DNA from: Yuukianura sp. NJ FZ-2021
Lineage: Eukaryota
Length of the DNA: 64,000 nt
Reading direction: 5' to 3'
Assembly (NCBI GenBank): GCA_046563655.1
Contig: CM102287.1
Location: 10,354,001 to 10,418,000, forward strand
The notes below the pieces were generated by a model. It had not been told where the DNA came from, did no database searches, and saw only the letters and a list, made by a program, of their open reading frames with translations. The position numbers were made by a program, and so were the translations under genes. Shown here piece after piece: positions 12,885 to 27,260 of the stretch (position 1 is the stretch's first letter; each line of letters starts with the position of its first letter).

Positions 12885-14672
12885 CTGTAATTTTGCGAAA
12901 CTCCAGCGATCGGTCGGCAGCGTTCGCTGGAATCCAGACGACGGAAGTCACGGTGTCACTTTTCGTTGGAAAAAAAAGCGTAGAAACTTGTGTTGAGCTG
13001 CCAAGAATCCGTTTTGTGATGAACAAAATGTTGGAAGCGTGCCTATTTCCAGGGCCTGGATGTTTGAGCGGCAGTTTGAGCCGTTGGCCGGAGTGTAGTG
13101 GTGCTTGGTAGGGTTTGGAGTGAACTGAAGTGGGAGCTTGATTTGACGTTCGTGTTTTGGTGGGGAGATGAAAAGTTGTGAGTCCAAAGGAAGGAGGTGA
13201 ACAATGGACCAACGTCACCCTCCACTACATGATCTCAGTCCCATCCTCCGTCGTCACTGCCCTTCCTGGACAAAACAACTACATTCACAACAGTCACAAT
13301 CAGAGTTCATGGAAATACTTACTTGGGCTGTTCCAGTAGAACAACTCTGCCCATCTTCTGTGTTGGGATGAAGGTCACGCTGGAGAGAGCAACGGACTGG
13401 ATCAACTTCTGTCAAATTTCAATTTCCAGAGGCACAATTCCTCTTTTTTGCTTGGTTTGTGAAATGTGATGGATGAATTGGAAGAGATTCCATTTGGAAA
13501 GTGAATTGGACTCAAGACGGCGCCTGGATCTCTCAACAGGCCATTGACACCTCCATCACTCTCCACCAAACACCAGCAGTAGGACGCCATCTCTTACAAC
13601 TTTCAATGCCTGCAAACATCAAACAAATTCAAAAATACATTTTAACTTCAAAAAACAAAATTTAAACTTCAAAAACAAAATTCCAACTTCAAAATACCAG
13701 AACCTAAATTGCATTTTGCATAATTTTGAATTTAAAAAAATTGGGGTCATCAGAACATAAGAAACTGGAGAAATTTGATTTTTAAAATGAATGGACTCAT
13801 TGCTATCCAAATCTTACTCAAATGAGCCATAATAGCCAAAAATACTTGAGAGTAAAAAGTGTGAAATGAGTGAAAACGTCGCTACTGGAAAACAGGCGCT
13901 TCTATTTTGAGCCAAGGTGGCTGGAAATTGTGAAAGACAGCGGAGAAAGGGGTGACCTTGACATAATTTTGAGACCTTGACCTTCACATTTTATAAGTGC
14001 TGGAATGTAAAGTAGTGCTCATAAAGTTAATTTGTAGGTCAAGTTAATTGGAATCCCAGTTGGAAGTGCGTTATAGCGTAAGTTGGGTTGGTCCAATGCG
14101 GAATGCAGCCTTAGTAAGAGGATGCTCCCTTTGTGTCTTTTTTAGACTGGGACTTGCGCCAAAAGTCTTTGCGCTACATTCATCGATTTCTCTACTTCTC
14201 TTACCGAATTGAAGAGAGTGATGCGGCAGTGATACAACGGAACTCAGCCGAGCCACACTCTCCTATCTTCGCTGGACAGAAGTGACCTTGGCACTTCAAC
14301 GTCAGTTGACACACTTCCAGTTGACCTCCAACTTCGATGAAGGTGGCACAACACTACTCCTCTAGGCCAAGGTGGGACTGCGGCTAAACTTGGTGGGTCC
14401 TTGGAGACAGACAAGAAGCATGCAGAGCCTGGATCTCCTTCTCTCATTTCTCCGTGAGTCCTTCAAATTCCTTGGTTTTTAGCTGAAATTAAAAATTTAA
14501 TTTTAAGTTTGAACATTTAAACTGTCACTTCCATTTCTGTACTTTCACTTCCGACTGTTTGTGTTCTCAATTGTTTCCAGTTTTGTGTCCAATTGTACCT
14601 GTGTTCTCCGGTGCTGGAGAGTGTCGAAGTAAGACTCCACTTCTCGATTTCTCTTGTCTCTTTCTCGTCCTC
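12885..14672 (-). ncRNA. Candidate spliced long non-coding transcript, or extended BTB-gene leader; putative exons 14672-14599, 14482-14205, 13609-13323, 13265-12885
   Basis: GC-richer blocks bounded by minus-strand YAG acceptors with pyrimidine tracts and GTAAG/GTAC donors, separated by AT-rich spacers. No continuous ORF across the joins. Confidence 0.35.
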
Positions 14673-15578
14673 CTACATTTTAGTTTTTGACATTTGAATA
14701 AACATTTTTGGAGAGAAAGTAACTTTTGGTTTGGCTTAGGAGAAAGTAAGACGCCGAGTGGATCAAAGATGCTTAAGTATTAATGCAACTCTCTTTGATT
14801 TTGTTTCTGGGTGTTGGGTTCTATTTTTGACTGTCCTTTGGATCTTCGCCACTCCATTTGCAATTCCCCAACTAAACTCTTACTTTCTCCCGCACTTAAA
14901 ACCTGTTAACGACCTCTGACCTCGGTAGGATTCATAGGCGGTAAGTCCAGAGGCAATGCCTTCCTTACGCTACTGTCAGTGTCAGTTCGTTGCTCAGCCG
15001 CATCATCCTCTCCCTCTCATCCCATTCACAGTCTCTCCACTTCTAAACAAAAACTAAACTTTTAAAAAAAATTAAAAAAAAAAACTTTTCTAAAAATCTA
15101 AAAGATCAACTTCCCCTTACATCAAAACTTTTCAGCGCTGTTTTAGACATCAAGTGTAGTTGGATTGTAGGAAAGTAGAAAGTTGAACAATTTCAACTTG
15201 AAATTGTAACCATCAAAGTGTAGTTGGAGAAAGTAAAAGTCACTCCTGGGTTGAACAAGGTTCTAGAAAACAAACACAATTTTTAGAATAACTTTTGATT
15301 TCGGTTTGATTTTTGAAAAAAGTCTTTGTATTTTAGTCTCTCTATTAGTTTTTGTAGACTTTTCTTCTACAAACTTTGATATTAAACTTGAGCTTACATT
15401 GTTAGCGTAGAGGTAGCATGAGAGCCCAGTCCTTTGGTTCCTCCGTTGCCCTGTTTCCAGCTCTCCAGTCACTTGACCTCTCTCTGTCCACATGACCTCT
15501 GTGCCGTGGGCTTGCTTTGTGTCTCTGCTTTTTAGCACAAATCATCAACTGCTCAACATGCTCCACCTTCTTTTTCAG

Positions 15579-16157
15579 CCAGAACACTGGAGTGCTATGA
15601 CTGCGACAGTCGTGATGACCCACAGAACGAAACGACCTGTTGGAACGTCGACAGAAACGACCGCGATGCAAAAAAACCCAAGACGAGGGAATGCCACGGG
15701 TGCTGTGTAAGTCCTATTCCATACAAACACAAACTTCTACTCAACTAGTAAACAATTATAAATGTTGAAACAGGTCAAATTCTACCACGACTTACCGGAT
15801 GGTAAGTTCCAATTTTGTAAATATCGTAGTGTAGTGGCATTGGAATTGGAGTTGACGCATTGCTCTACGTTCATTTCCAGAGGAACCTTTCGTCGTCAGA
15901 ACCTGCACAGAAATGATCGAAATCAAGTAAACACATCCACTTTGAATTAACTTCTAATGTTAACATGAATCTGTACATGTAAAATGGTTTTTAGCTACTT
16001 CATGGTGGACCATGTTTGCTTGAGGGAGGGCAAAGACCGTGGGAAAATGTGTTTCTGCGAAGACAACTTCTGCAATCCAGCCCCACCGTCAGTCCCTGCC
16101 CCACTCTCAATCCTATCCAGCATCCTCCTCCAGTCTCTCCGAAGCGCCTTCTCCTGA
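15579..16157 (+). CDS. qvr: quiver/sleepless, GPI-anchored Ly6/uPAR three-finger protein; exons 15579-15706, 15774-15801, 15881-15926, 15995-16157; signal-peptide exon not resolved
   Basis: Spliced translation LECYDCDSRDDP..TC..ECHGCC|VKF..VRTCTEMIEINYFMVDHVCLREGKDRGKMCFCEDNFCN plus a hydrophobic GPI-type tail. The FMVDHVC..MCFCE..CN signature matches Drosophila Qvr as recalled. The ORF track misses this gene. Confidence 0.88.
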
Positions 16158-17110
16158 CTCCCCACCAGTACCTCCCAATTTACTCACAACTACTATGTTA
16201 AACACTCAATAAATTACCTATTACATCTAAAATCCAGCACTTGTCCTCCATCTCTTTATTTAATTAACTGAGCAGATTCAGTAGTACATTTAGATCAATC
16301 AGTAACTCAAACCCTCAAGTCACTTTCACCAACTAAAACACTAACTAACGTGTACGTCCAAAACCTACTTAATATATAGTACTTACGTATTAGGTTCCAG
16401 GAAAACAAGAACTTAGCCAATTACCTACTGACCTGTGTTGTACCAACTAATAATACTAATAGTTTAAGTTTAACTTTAATTTAATTGGTGGCTTTGGTCC
16501 GACTTAAGGGTGATCCATTGACGAAGTAAGAAGACTGATGAGAGAGGCCTAACCTCGACGTCTGCAGTCCCTTCCAGTTCCAGAACTTCCACGCCATGTC
16601 CCAATGCACAAGACAACAAAGAACATAAAGAGTCCAGACGCCATTCCGTAAAAGGCGGGTCGTAAAAGCTGTGGTAACAGTGCACTGCGACTCACTCCAC
16701 TCGACATATCCCCATGCTCAATTCCCGCTAATTCCACGATAATCTGGCCAGGATATTGGAGCTGTGGCAAAATTATGGGAAATGAGGAATAAGGGTAAAC
16801 TGGATAAAGAAACCCAGAAGGGGAACGTACTGTAAGCACTGCACCCATTTCCAACAAATCACTCCTTACTTGGTCATCTTTACTAAAAACCTCACACTAA
16901 AACGAGAGTTTGAAAAGAACAATTGGAACAGTGAGACTCTCAGCCGCCGCATCTAAGTCTCATCTCAACCTCCATTTGAGTCGCCTATGTTTGAATCAAT
17001 ACGGAGACAATTCCCAAAGTTTAGTGTAAAAAGCTTAGGATTTATTCATCCACTGTTTCTAAACTGTGCGACCTGCTTCCAATGTCTGTCAACCACTGAA
17101 TCATATTATC

Positions 17111-18686
<1,576 letters not shown>

Positions 18687-19514
18687 TCCTGTGCCCACTT
18701 CACCCACCAATTCAGTGTCTCTCCCCATAACTTTTAATTTCTTCAACACTTTCACTCTTCAATTGTTCACACAATTTTTAAGACTATCAATCCAACCAAA
18801 ATGAAAAGTACAAAGACAGTCAAATAATAGCTGAAACTCAACTGACAAAGAAGTGGGCGTGTTTTGTTACTAAGCAGAGTTCGGTTTCTTTGCATTCCTT
18901 TGTGCGTCTAAACTGTAAACGTGTCAATTCTTAGAAAAGTGCCTACTCCTACCACAACGTAATTCTTAGAAAGAGCCCATGAACATTGTCATAAAATGTG
19001 GATCTTATCTCATTCAAACATTAAATGTCATGACCCCATCATTCACACCATCTTAAAATAGTAATGTAACTATGGATCACTCCAGTTCAAATTGTTATGG
19101 AAAAGAATGACTTACTCATCATCTTCTTCCCATTCCTCGCCAACTCCTTTGTGCTGCTCGATTTGTGGTTCCATGGTGCAGTGGTTGGTCACTTTGAATG
19201 AATGAGGAAACCCACAACTCTCCTGTCCTACTTTCTTCCTTTCTCGGATGAATAGCTGGATTGAAGTTAAGCGCAAGTGCGTGGGTTGTTGAAGGTGGCT
19301 CAATAGATCTGCCTCCCCAAACAGAGTCCACATCACACTGGGACTCAAATCCATTGCGAAACTGTTCTTTTGCTGCGTCTTCTTGTGGATTGTGCCAAGG
19401 ATTATCTCCAGCTGTCCATCAAAGTCCTCCACAGGAAACAGGCTATGCAACAAATTAAAATGTGGTTAGTTTGGCAATAAGAGCTCATAAAACTGTTGCT
19501 CAAATATAATCTCA

Positions 19515-19604
19515 TTTTCTCATTAAGTTACATTGCAAAGTGCAAGTTTTGAATCAGAATAGGCCTTCATAAGAGGTGTCAGATTTTAAGTAATCATTGG
19601 TCAA
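19515..19604 (-). ncRNA. SNORD60: Box C/D snoRNA, U60/SNORD60 (snR48-related) type, copy 1
   Basis: C box ATGATTA (19597-19591). Guide TCTGACACCTCTT is complementary to conserved 28S rRNA AAGAGGUGUCAGA and directly precedes D' ATGA (19570-19567). C'-like CTGATTC follows, then D-like ATGA (19523-19520) about 75 nt upstream of the 3' splice site at 19443-19445. Same architecture as recalled human U60. Confidence 0.75.
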
Positions 19605-19758
19605 CTATACATGGAAGCAATCGAATACGTAATGCATAAGACACTTACCTATTCTAAATGATAACTTCATCCCGATTGAAATTGAAACATAATTCTGAAA
19701 ATAGAAAAAATGATCTTTAGATATTGAGCCAATTCAAGAGTGTTTGAATTGGTTTCTG

Positions 19759-19841
19759 AGTATTCAGATAGGGGCGAAAGATAAATCCCAAATTGATCGT
19801 CATCTTCGTCAGATGAACTATGCAGTCATCATTCATTTACT
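19759..19841 (-). ncRNA. snR60: Box C/D snoRNA, snR60/Z15/U80 type (dual 28S guide), copy 1
   Basis: C ATGATGA (19832-19826); guide GCATAGTTCA (anti 28S UGAACUAUGC) + D' CTGA; C' ATGACGA; guide TCTTTCGCCCCTAT (anti 28S AUAGGGGCGAAAGA) + D CTGA (19767-19764). Terminal stem AGTA/TACT. D box is 67 nt from the 3' splice site. Confidence 0.93.
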
Positions 19842-19994
19842 ATGGGTTAACAAAGTTACAGTCACAACTTACCAGTTTAGCAAAGACTTGAAATCCATCC
19901 GGATCATTCATAACGTTTTCTGTGATAAAACAACCATTACTTTCATAAAAGAATCCACCAATTAACAACAGTATTTAAGATTAGTTTCTAAATG

Positions 19995-20080
19995 TGTCTC
20001 ATTGATACATTGCAAAGTGCAAGTTTTGAATCAGAAAAGGCCTTCATAAGAGGTGTCAGATTTACGTAATCATTGGTCAA
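19995..20080 (-). ncRNA. SNORD60: Box C/D snoRNA, U60/SNORD60 type, copy 2
   Basis: C ATGATTA (20073-20067), identical guide TCTGACACCTCTT + D' ATGA (20047-20044), D-like ATGA (20002-19999) about 77 nt upstream of the acceptor at 19920-19922. Confidence 0.75.
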
Positions 20081-20225
20081 CTCTACATGGAGATAATGGA
20101 ATAAGTAATGGATAAGTGATACTTACCTACAAATGATAACTTCATCCCAATGTAAACGTAATTCTGAAAACACAAAAAGGATCTTTAGATATTGAGCTTA
20201 ATTGAAGAGTGTTTGAGTTGGTTTT

Positions 20226-20310
20226 TAGTGTTCAGATAGGGGCGAAAGATAAATCCCAGATTGATCGTCATCTTCGTCAGATGAACTATGCAGTCATCAT
20301 TCATTCACTA
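20226..20310 (-). ncRNA. snR60: Box C/D snoRNA, snR60/Z15/U80 type, copy 2
   Basis: C box 20300-20294, D box 20235-20232, both guides intact. Terminal stem TAGTG/CACTA. 66 nt from the acceptor at 20164-20166. Confidence 0.93.
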
Positions 20311-20477
20311 CGTTTTAACAAAGTTATAGCCACAACTTACCAGTTTAGCAAGGCTGAAGTCATCCACTCAACATTCCAATAATACGATTTCTAAATGTAA
20401 GAGCAGTGGATTCTGAAAAAGAAAAAACCGATTGAGTATAAGAGATGATCATCTGCTTTTGGTTCATGCCAATATTT

Positions 20478-20558
20478 GAGTGTTCAGATAGGGGCGAAAG
20501 ATAAATCCCAGATTGATCGTCATCTTCATCAGATGAACTATGCAGTCATCATTAACTC
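20478..20558 (-). ncRNA. snR60: Box C/D snoRNA, snR60/Z15/U80 type, copy 3
   Basis: C box 20552-20546, D box 20487-20484, both guides intact. Terminal stem GAGT/ACTC. 69 nt from the acceptor at 20413-20415. Confidence 0.93.
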
Positions 20559-20611
20559 TTGATTTGTAAATGATTAAATTAACAGCGCTATTACCTATTC
20601 GTTGTAGTAAT

Positions 20612-21251
20612 TCAATCTCGCTCATCTCCCGAAACAATTTCTCTTGTATTTTGTGAGGAGAATCGTTTGACCTTCTCTCCCTTGGAAGCCAGAATTTGTT
20701 CAATGTTGTTCCCATGTGGGTCCTGGAACCAACCAAGGTTGTCTGCTATCAGATGATTGTTTTCACAGGAGTTGCAAGTCACAATTACTACGCCATGGGT
20801 GTACGCCTGCTTCGAGAAGGTGTAGGAATTGGAAGTATTGCATACTCTACAAAACAAAACATTTTTTTAAATTCATAAACAGAAACAAAAACATTCCAAG
20901 TTAGAATTTGTAATTAGAATGAACGTACTTGCATGTAAAGCTTAAGAACAGTTTGGCACCCACGTCTCCCAGTACTTTATCCTCCGAATGCTTGTTTTCA
21001 GTAAGTCCAGTATGAGTGAGAGGTCCATTGGTATTGAATCCATCGGTTCCAAATTGTCTCAGTAGATTACTGCTCTTGTAGAGTTCAACTTCCTGACTTC
21101 GAATCAACTGCCTTTGCAAGACACTGCTTCGCTGGTAAACAAATGGAAATGGATGGAACTTGCTCCGATGTACTTGATACCCTCTGCACTGGAGACAGAC
21201 GAAGTTCTTTATCACATGACTGAAGAGCAAAGGACGATGAAACACGGACAT
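20612..21251 (-). CDS. DNLZ: Mitochondrial DNL-type zinc finger protein (Zim17/Tim15/Hep1); exons 21251-20929 and 20846-20612
   Basis: Presequence-like N-terminus, then [59 protein letters not shown] (zf-DNL signature). Confidence 0.95.
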
Positions 21252-21324
21252 TTTCACCTAACAAACGATTAGTCATTTAGTTAATCGATTAATTAAACTT
21301 TGAAAGAAATTAGTGAAACCTTAC

Positions 21325-21350
21325 CAGTAGCGTGACGAGAGATGAGAAGT
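21325..21350 (-). promoter_or_regulatory. Short non-coding first exon of DNLZ starting with a pyrimidine tract (5'TOP/TCT-like)
   Basis: Minus strand reads CTTCTCATCTCTCGTCACGCTACTG|GTAAGG. The acceptor at 21258-21260 lies just upstream of the DNLZ ATG. TSS position is inferred. Confidence 0.45.
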
Positions 21351-21801
21351 GTGATTCGTGCCCACCGCACCGCATGCACTTGTGGCGTTTGTCGTTGGTT
21401 TGACTAGAGCATACTCACACACACTTTCACCACCACCTCACCAGAAATGGGCATCACAACACTTACCATAATCTAAACTTACCCCTTCCCTATTCTTATG
21501 AATAAGTTAAGTTAATATAAATTAAATTTAAATCATATTATAACTTAACTTATTATATTATTAATAATATAATATAACTTATTAATAAACATAATCAACT
21601 ACTGCTTGGTTGGAAGGTGATCCTTCTTCACCTTCCTTTTATTAGATTGGATAACAGGTTTGAATTTTTGTAGAAACTGGATAATTTAAGTGTAGAAAAG
21701 TATGCGAAACGTTTTCTGAACGATTAATAAGTTAAATGCTGGTCAAATTGTGGAGTTAACTGGAGAAAGTTGATTAGAACCTTGTTATGAAACTGTGATT
21801 C

Positions 21802-22329
21802 CTACTTCATTTGGAGCAGGGGGTTCTGTGGGTCTGTGAGAATGTCGAATGCTGGAGGTCGAGGAGAAGCGGATCTTGCTCCAGGAGAGGGTGAGGGTGA
21901 CCTTGACCTCGTGGGGGTCACAGTGAACGGTGGATTTCCCGAGGGAGAAGTAGTTGTCACTTTGATAGCTGGTGGAGTGGGCAGTGTGCGTCGCTTGACC
22001 TTGTCCTTCTCCTCGTCTGAGTCAGAGGAGTCTGGGAGTTGCGTAGTGCGTTGACTGGGTCGTGACCTGTCCCTCATGAGTGGATTTGGGGGACGCGGAG
22101 TGGAAGGTCTTCGTTCCATGTTCCCTTGGATGAGTTTGTCCCTCTCATGACCTTTGACCCCTGCCTCCTGGTCCCCTGTGGAGGGACAGCAGCAGCACAG
22201 TGTTGACCACACCGAAGGGGGGATCCACTTTCGCCAAAAGTAGAAACTGAACATGGACATTGAGAGGAGGAGAGCAAAGAGGGCGAGTGTGATGGCCAGA
22301 GCCCAAATCCAGACTGTTTCGGTGTCCAC
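21802..22329 (-). CDS. Orphan single-pass membrane protein (N-terminal TM, CCCC palmitoylation-like cluster, Pro/Ser/Arg-rich tail), 175 aa from a GTG start
   Basis: GC-rich 528-nt ORF in AT-rich flanks. Hydrophobic WIWALAITLALFALLLSMSMFSFYFW is followed by RKW and LCCCC. Acceptor at 22340-22342, with upstream non-coding exons (about 22536-22743). Confidence 0.65.
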   Translation of the reverse strand: MDTETVWIWALAITLALFALLLSMSMFSFYFWRKWIPPSVWSTLCCCCPSTGDQEAGVKGHERDKLIQGNMERRPSTPRPPNPLMRDRSRPSQRTTQLPDSSDSDEEKDKVKRRTLPTPPAIKVTTTSPSGNPPFTVTPTRSRSPSPSPGARSASPRPPAFDILTDPQNPLLQMK

Positions 22330-22956
22330 TTTGGTGGTTCTGGAAGTAGATCAATAGAATTGGATCAATTAATCAATTCCAATTAACCCTATTTCTCCTA
22401 TATTCCCCGGGTTGACCCGTTACATTAAATGGGCCACCCTTCACTGTCACGCGAACAACAGCGTTAGCCAAAAAGTGAACACCTAAACAAACAAAAGAGG
22501 GTACTGAATAAAGTGAAATAAAAATAGAGACTTACCAAGGGGTCACTGCCCCGAGCCCTTGAGAATTGAGATGAGCAGGAACTTAAGCTTTTACTGCACT
22601 TTTTTTAGTTAGCGTCCACTGTGTTGGAGTTGGTTGGTTGCAGTGCTTTAGCGTTTGGCAAGAACAGAGACTGCGGTTGGTTAACGAGGAAAACCAAAGT
22701 CATCCGGTTAATCTTGTCTTTCAGGATCCACCACACAGATCACCTACACAGATAAATCTTAATTAAATACGCCCAAAATCACAATGTCTTTTTAAAATGT
22801 TACAAAAAATGAATTCAACTTACTGTAAACTTCCGATTCGTCACTGGGATGCACAAGAGTTGCAAAAAAGAATTCTTCTTCCGTGGAATTTCATAATGCA
22901 CAATTTAGTCACACTTTACTCACAATTTACTTGTGAATTAAACACAGGAACTAATA

Positions 22957-23095
22957 CACTTTGAACTGCAATTAATCAACTGAGGAGATTAATTAAACTA
23001 AATTCACTTTGAACTAATTAATCAACTAAGGAGATTAATTAAACTAAACACACTTTGAATTAATCAACTATGGAGATTAATTAAATTAAACAAAA
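22957..23095. repeat. Three tandem ~45-bp AT-rich repeats
   Basis: CACTTTGAA..ATTAATCAACT..GGAGATTAATTAAA at about 22957, 23005 and 23052. Confidence 0.85.
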
Positions 23096-23434
23096 TGTAA
23101 CTACTTGAACTATCATAGTTTTCAAGTGAATTTTACCAACTATTAAACACACAACACCAGCAATTGGTTGTGTAACAATTTTGGAGAGTAACAATTGTGT
23201 AACAATTGAGTGGGAAGCTACTGTGAATTACCTTCCAAAAAACAAGAGTGGACTACAACTATTACGTTCAACTGCTTCCAACATTCGCATGTAAACGTAA
23301 ATCATTAGACTAACTATTAAGTATTTCGCACTTTCTTGTCATTTGCAAAGTATGAATAGAACAGGATCGGTTGCAGCATTTGTAAACTCCGACTCTCGAA
23401 TATGATTTGGTCAACTGTAAGCAACTGAAGGTGT

Positions 23435-26298
<2,864 letters not shown>

Positions 26299-26563
26299 TC
26301 AAGCGAATTGGTTTATGTTAGTTAGTTCGTCCTGGTTAAACTAGGAAGTAACTTAAGAGCGACGGTTGAAGGTAGAGTGACGACGGTGGCTCCTTATCTA
26401 ATGACCACAATACCCTCTTCTTCCTCTTTTGGATTGGAACTGGGTGAGTGTGACGAAATGAGTGAATGAAGTTTACAAATCCCAGTTCACTAAAAAATAT
26501 GTGGAAGTGTCACTGGGATGACTCGATGACTGGCGACCTCAAGTTGAGGTCCTCAACTGTGTT

Positions 26564-26728
26564 TCAACGGTTTCTGAACAAAGAATTGAGGTCAGGTTTG
26601 GGCTTGGATTTGTCACTGTCTTTAGGAAACAAAGTTTCGTATGCCAAGGTCAAGCAGAGGAATCCAAAACTCAATGAACAAAATCCAAAGGAGTACAGTG
26701 CAAAGTTAAGAGCAGTGGCAGAAACCAT
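26564..26728 (-). CDS. Single-TM microprotein paralog 6 (54 aa; not in ORF track)
   Basis: MVSATALNFALYSFGFCSLSFGFLCLTLAYETLFPKDSDKSKPKPDLNSLFRNR*. Homologous to the neighbouring smORFs. Confidence 0.55.
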   Translation of the reverse strand: MVSATALNFALYSFGFCSLSFGFLCLTLAYETLFPKDSDKSKPKPDLNSLFRNR

Positions 26729-26783
26729 TACTAAAAGACAAAATGGACCATTTCCAGGAAATGGTTTCCTTGTTTACGTTAAG

Positions 26784-26981
26784 TTATTTAGGGTTGGGCT
26801 TGTCACTCCCTCTACGTGTCCACTTGTGAAATACATAGGTCAAACCGCACAATGCAATAGTCAATCCAAAGGTCAATGAACAAAAACTAAATGCATAAAG
26901 AGTAAACTTAACAGGGGTATTCAGCGACTCCAATCCCCATGACACGTCAACTCTGAGGGGGGCTGGTGGAGCAGAAACCAT
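26784..26981 (-). CDS. Single-TM microprotein paralog 5 (65 aa)
   Basis: MVSAPPAPLRVDVS..SLN..VKFTLYAFSFCSLTFGLTIALCGLTYVFHKWTRRGSDKPNPK*. Confidence 0.65.
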   Translation of the reverse strand: MVSAPPAPLRVDVSWGLESLNTPVKFTLYAFSFCSLTFGLTIALCGLTYVFHKWTRRGSDKPNPK

Positions 26982-27040
26982 TAGTGAATGACAATAATGA
27001 CAAAAATGGACCGTTTCCTTATTTACGTGTCAGGGTCAGG

Positions 27041-27232
27041 TTATTTAGGGTCGGGCTTGTCACTATCGCTGCCCTTACGAAGGAAGTTGTCAAAGACCCA
27101 GATCAAGGTGCAGAATGCAGCGGTCAAGGCGCACAATCCAAAGGAACCCATCACAAACGTAACAACAGTTGGGTTCAACGAGTCCACTGAGACGTCAATT
27201 CTGATGGGGGCGGGGGCTGGTGAAGAAATCAT
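27041..27232 (-). CDS. Single-TM microprotein paralog 4 (63 aa)
   Basis: MISSPAPAPIRIDVSVDSLNPTVVTFVMGSFGLCALTAAFCTLIWVFDNFLRKGSDSDKPDPK*. ATG at 27232. Confidence 0.65.
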   Translation of the reverse strand: MISSPAPAPIRIDVSVDSLNPTVVTFVMGSFGLCALTAAFCTLIWVFDNFLRKGSDSDKPDPK

Positions 27233-27260
27233 TGCGGAATGACAAAATGTTAAGGTTGCG

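Noticed and set aside
11538..13609. Selenoprotein or TGA read-through gene suggested by in-frame TGA stops
   Set aside because: Read-through products resemble nothing recognisable, TAA/TAG stops also occur, and no SECIS is evident.
15148..15228. Two ATCAA(A)GTGTAGT matches to the U2 snRNA branch-recognition region
   Set aside because: Only 12-13 nt, part of a small local duplication, with no other U2 structure or adjacent guide boxes.
18985..19075. A sixth C/D snoRNA (ATGATGG ... ATGA about 76 nt before an acceptor; nearby GAGTGATCCA complementary to 5.8S rRNA)
   Set aside because: Boxes are degenerate, there is no terminal stem, and the complementary tract is not adjacent to a D box. It would need an Infernal or snoscan hit.
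19112..19453. 113-aa ORF as a protein-coding gene
   Set aside because: It starts at a non-ATG codon within an acceptor, has no recognisable motifs, and is better explained as a host-gene exon.
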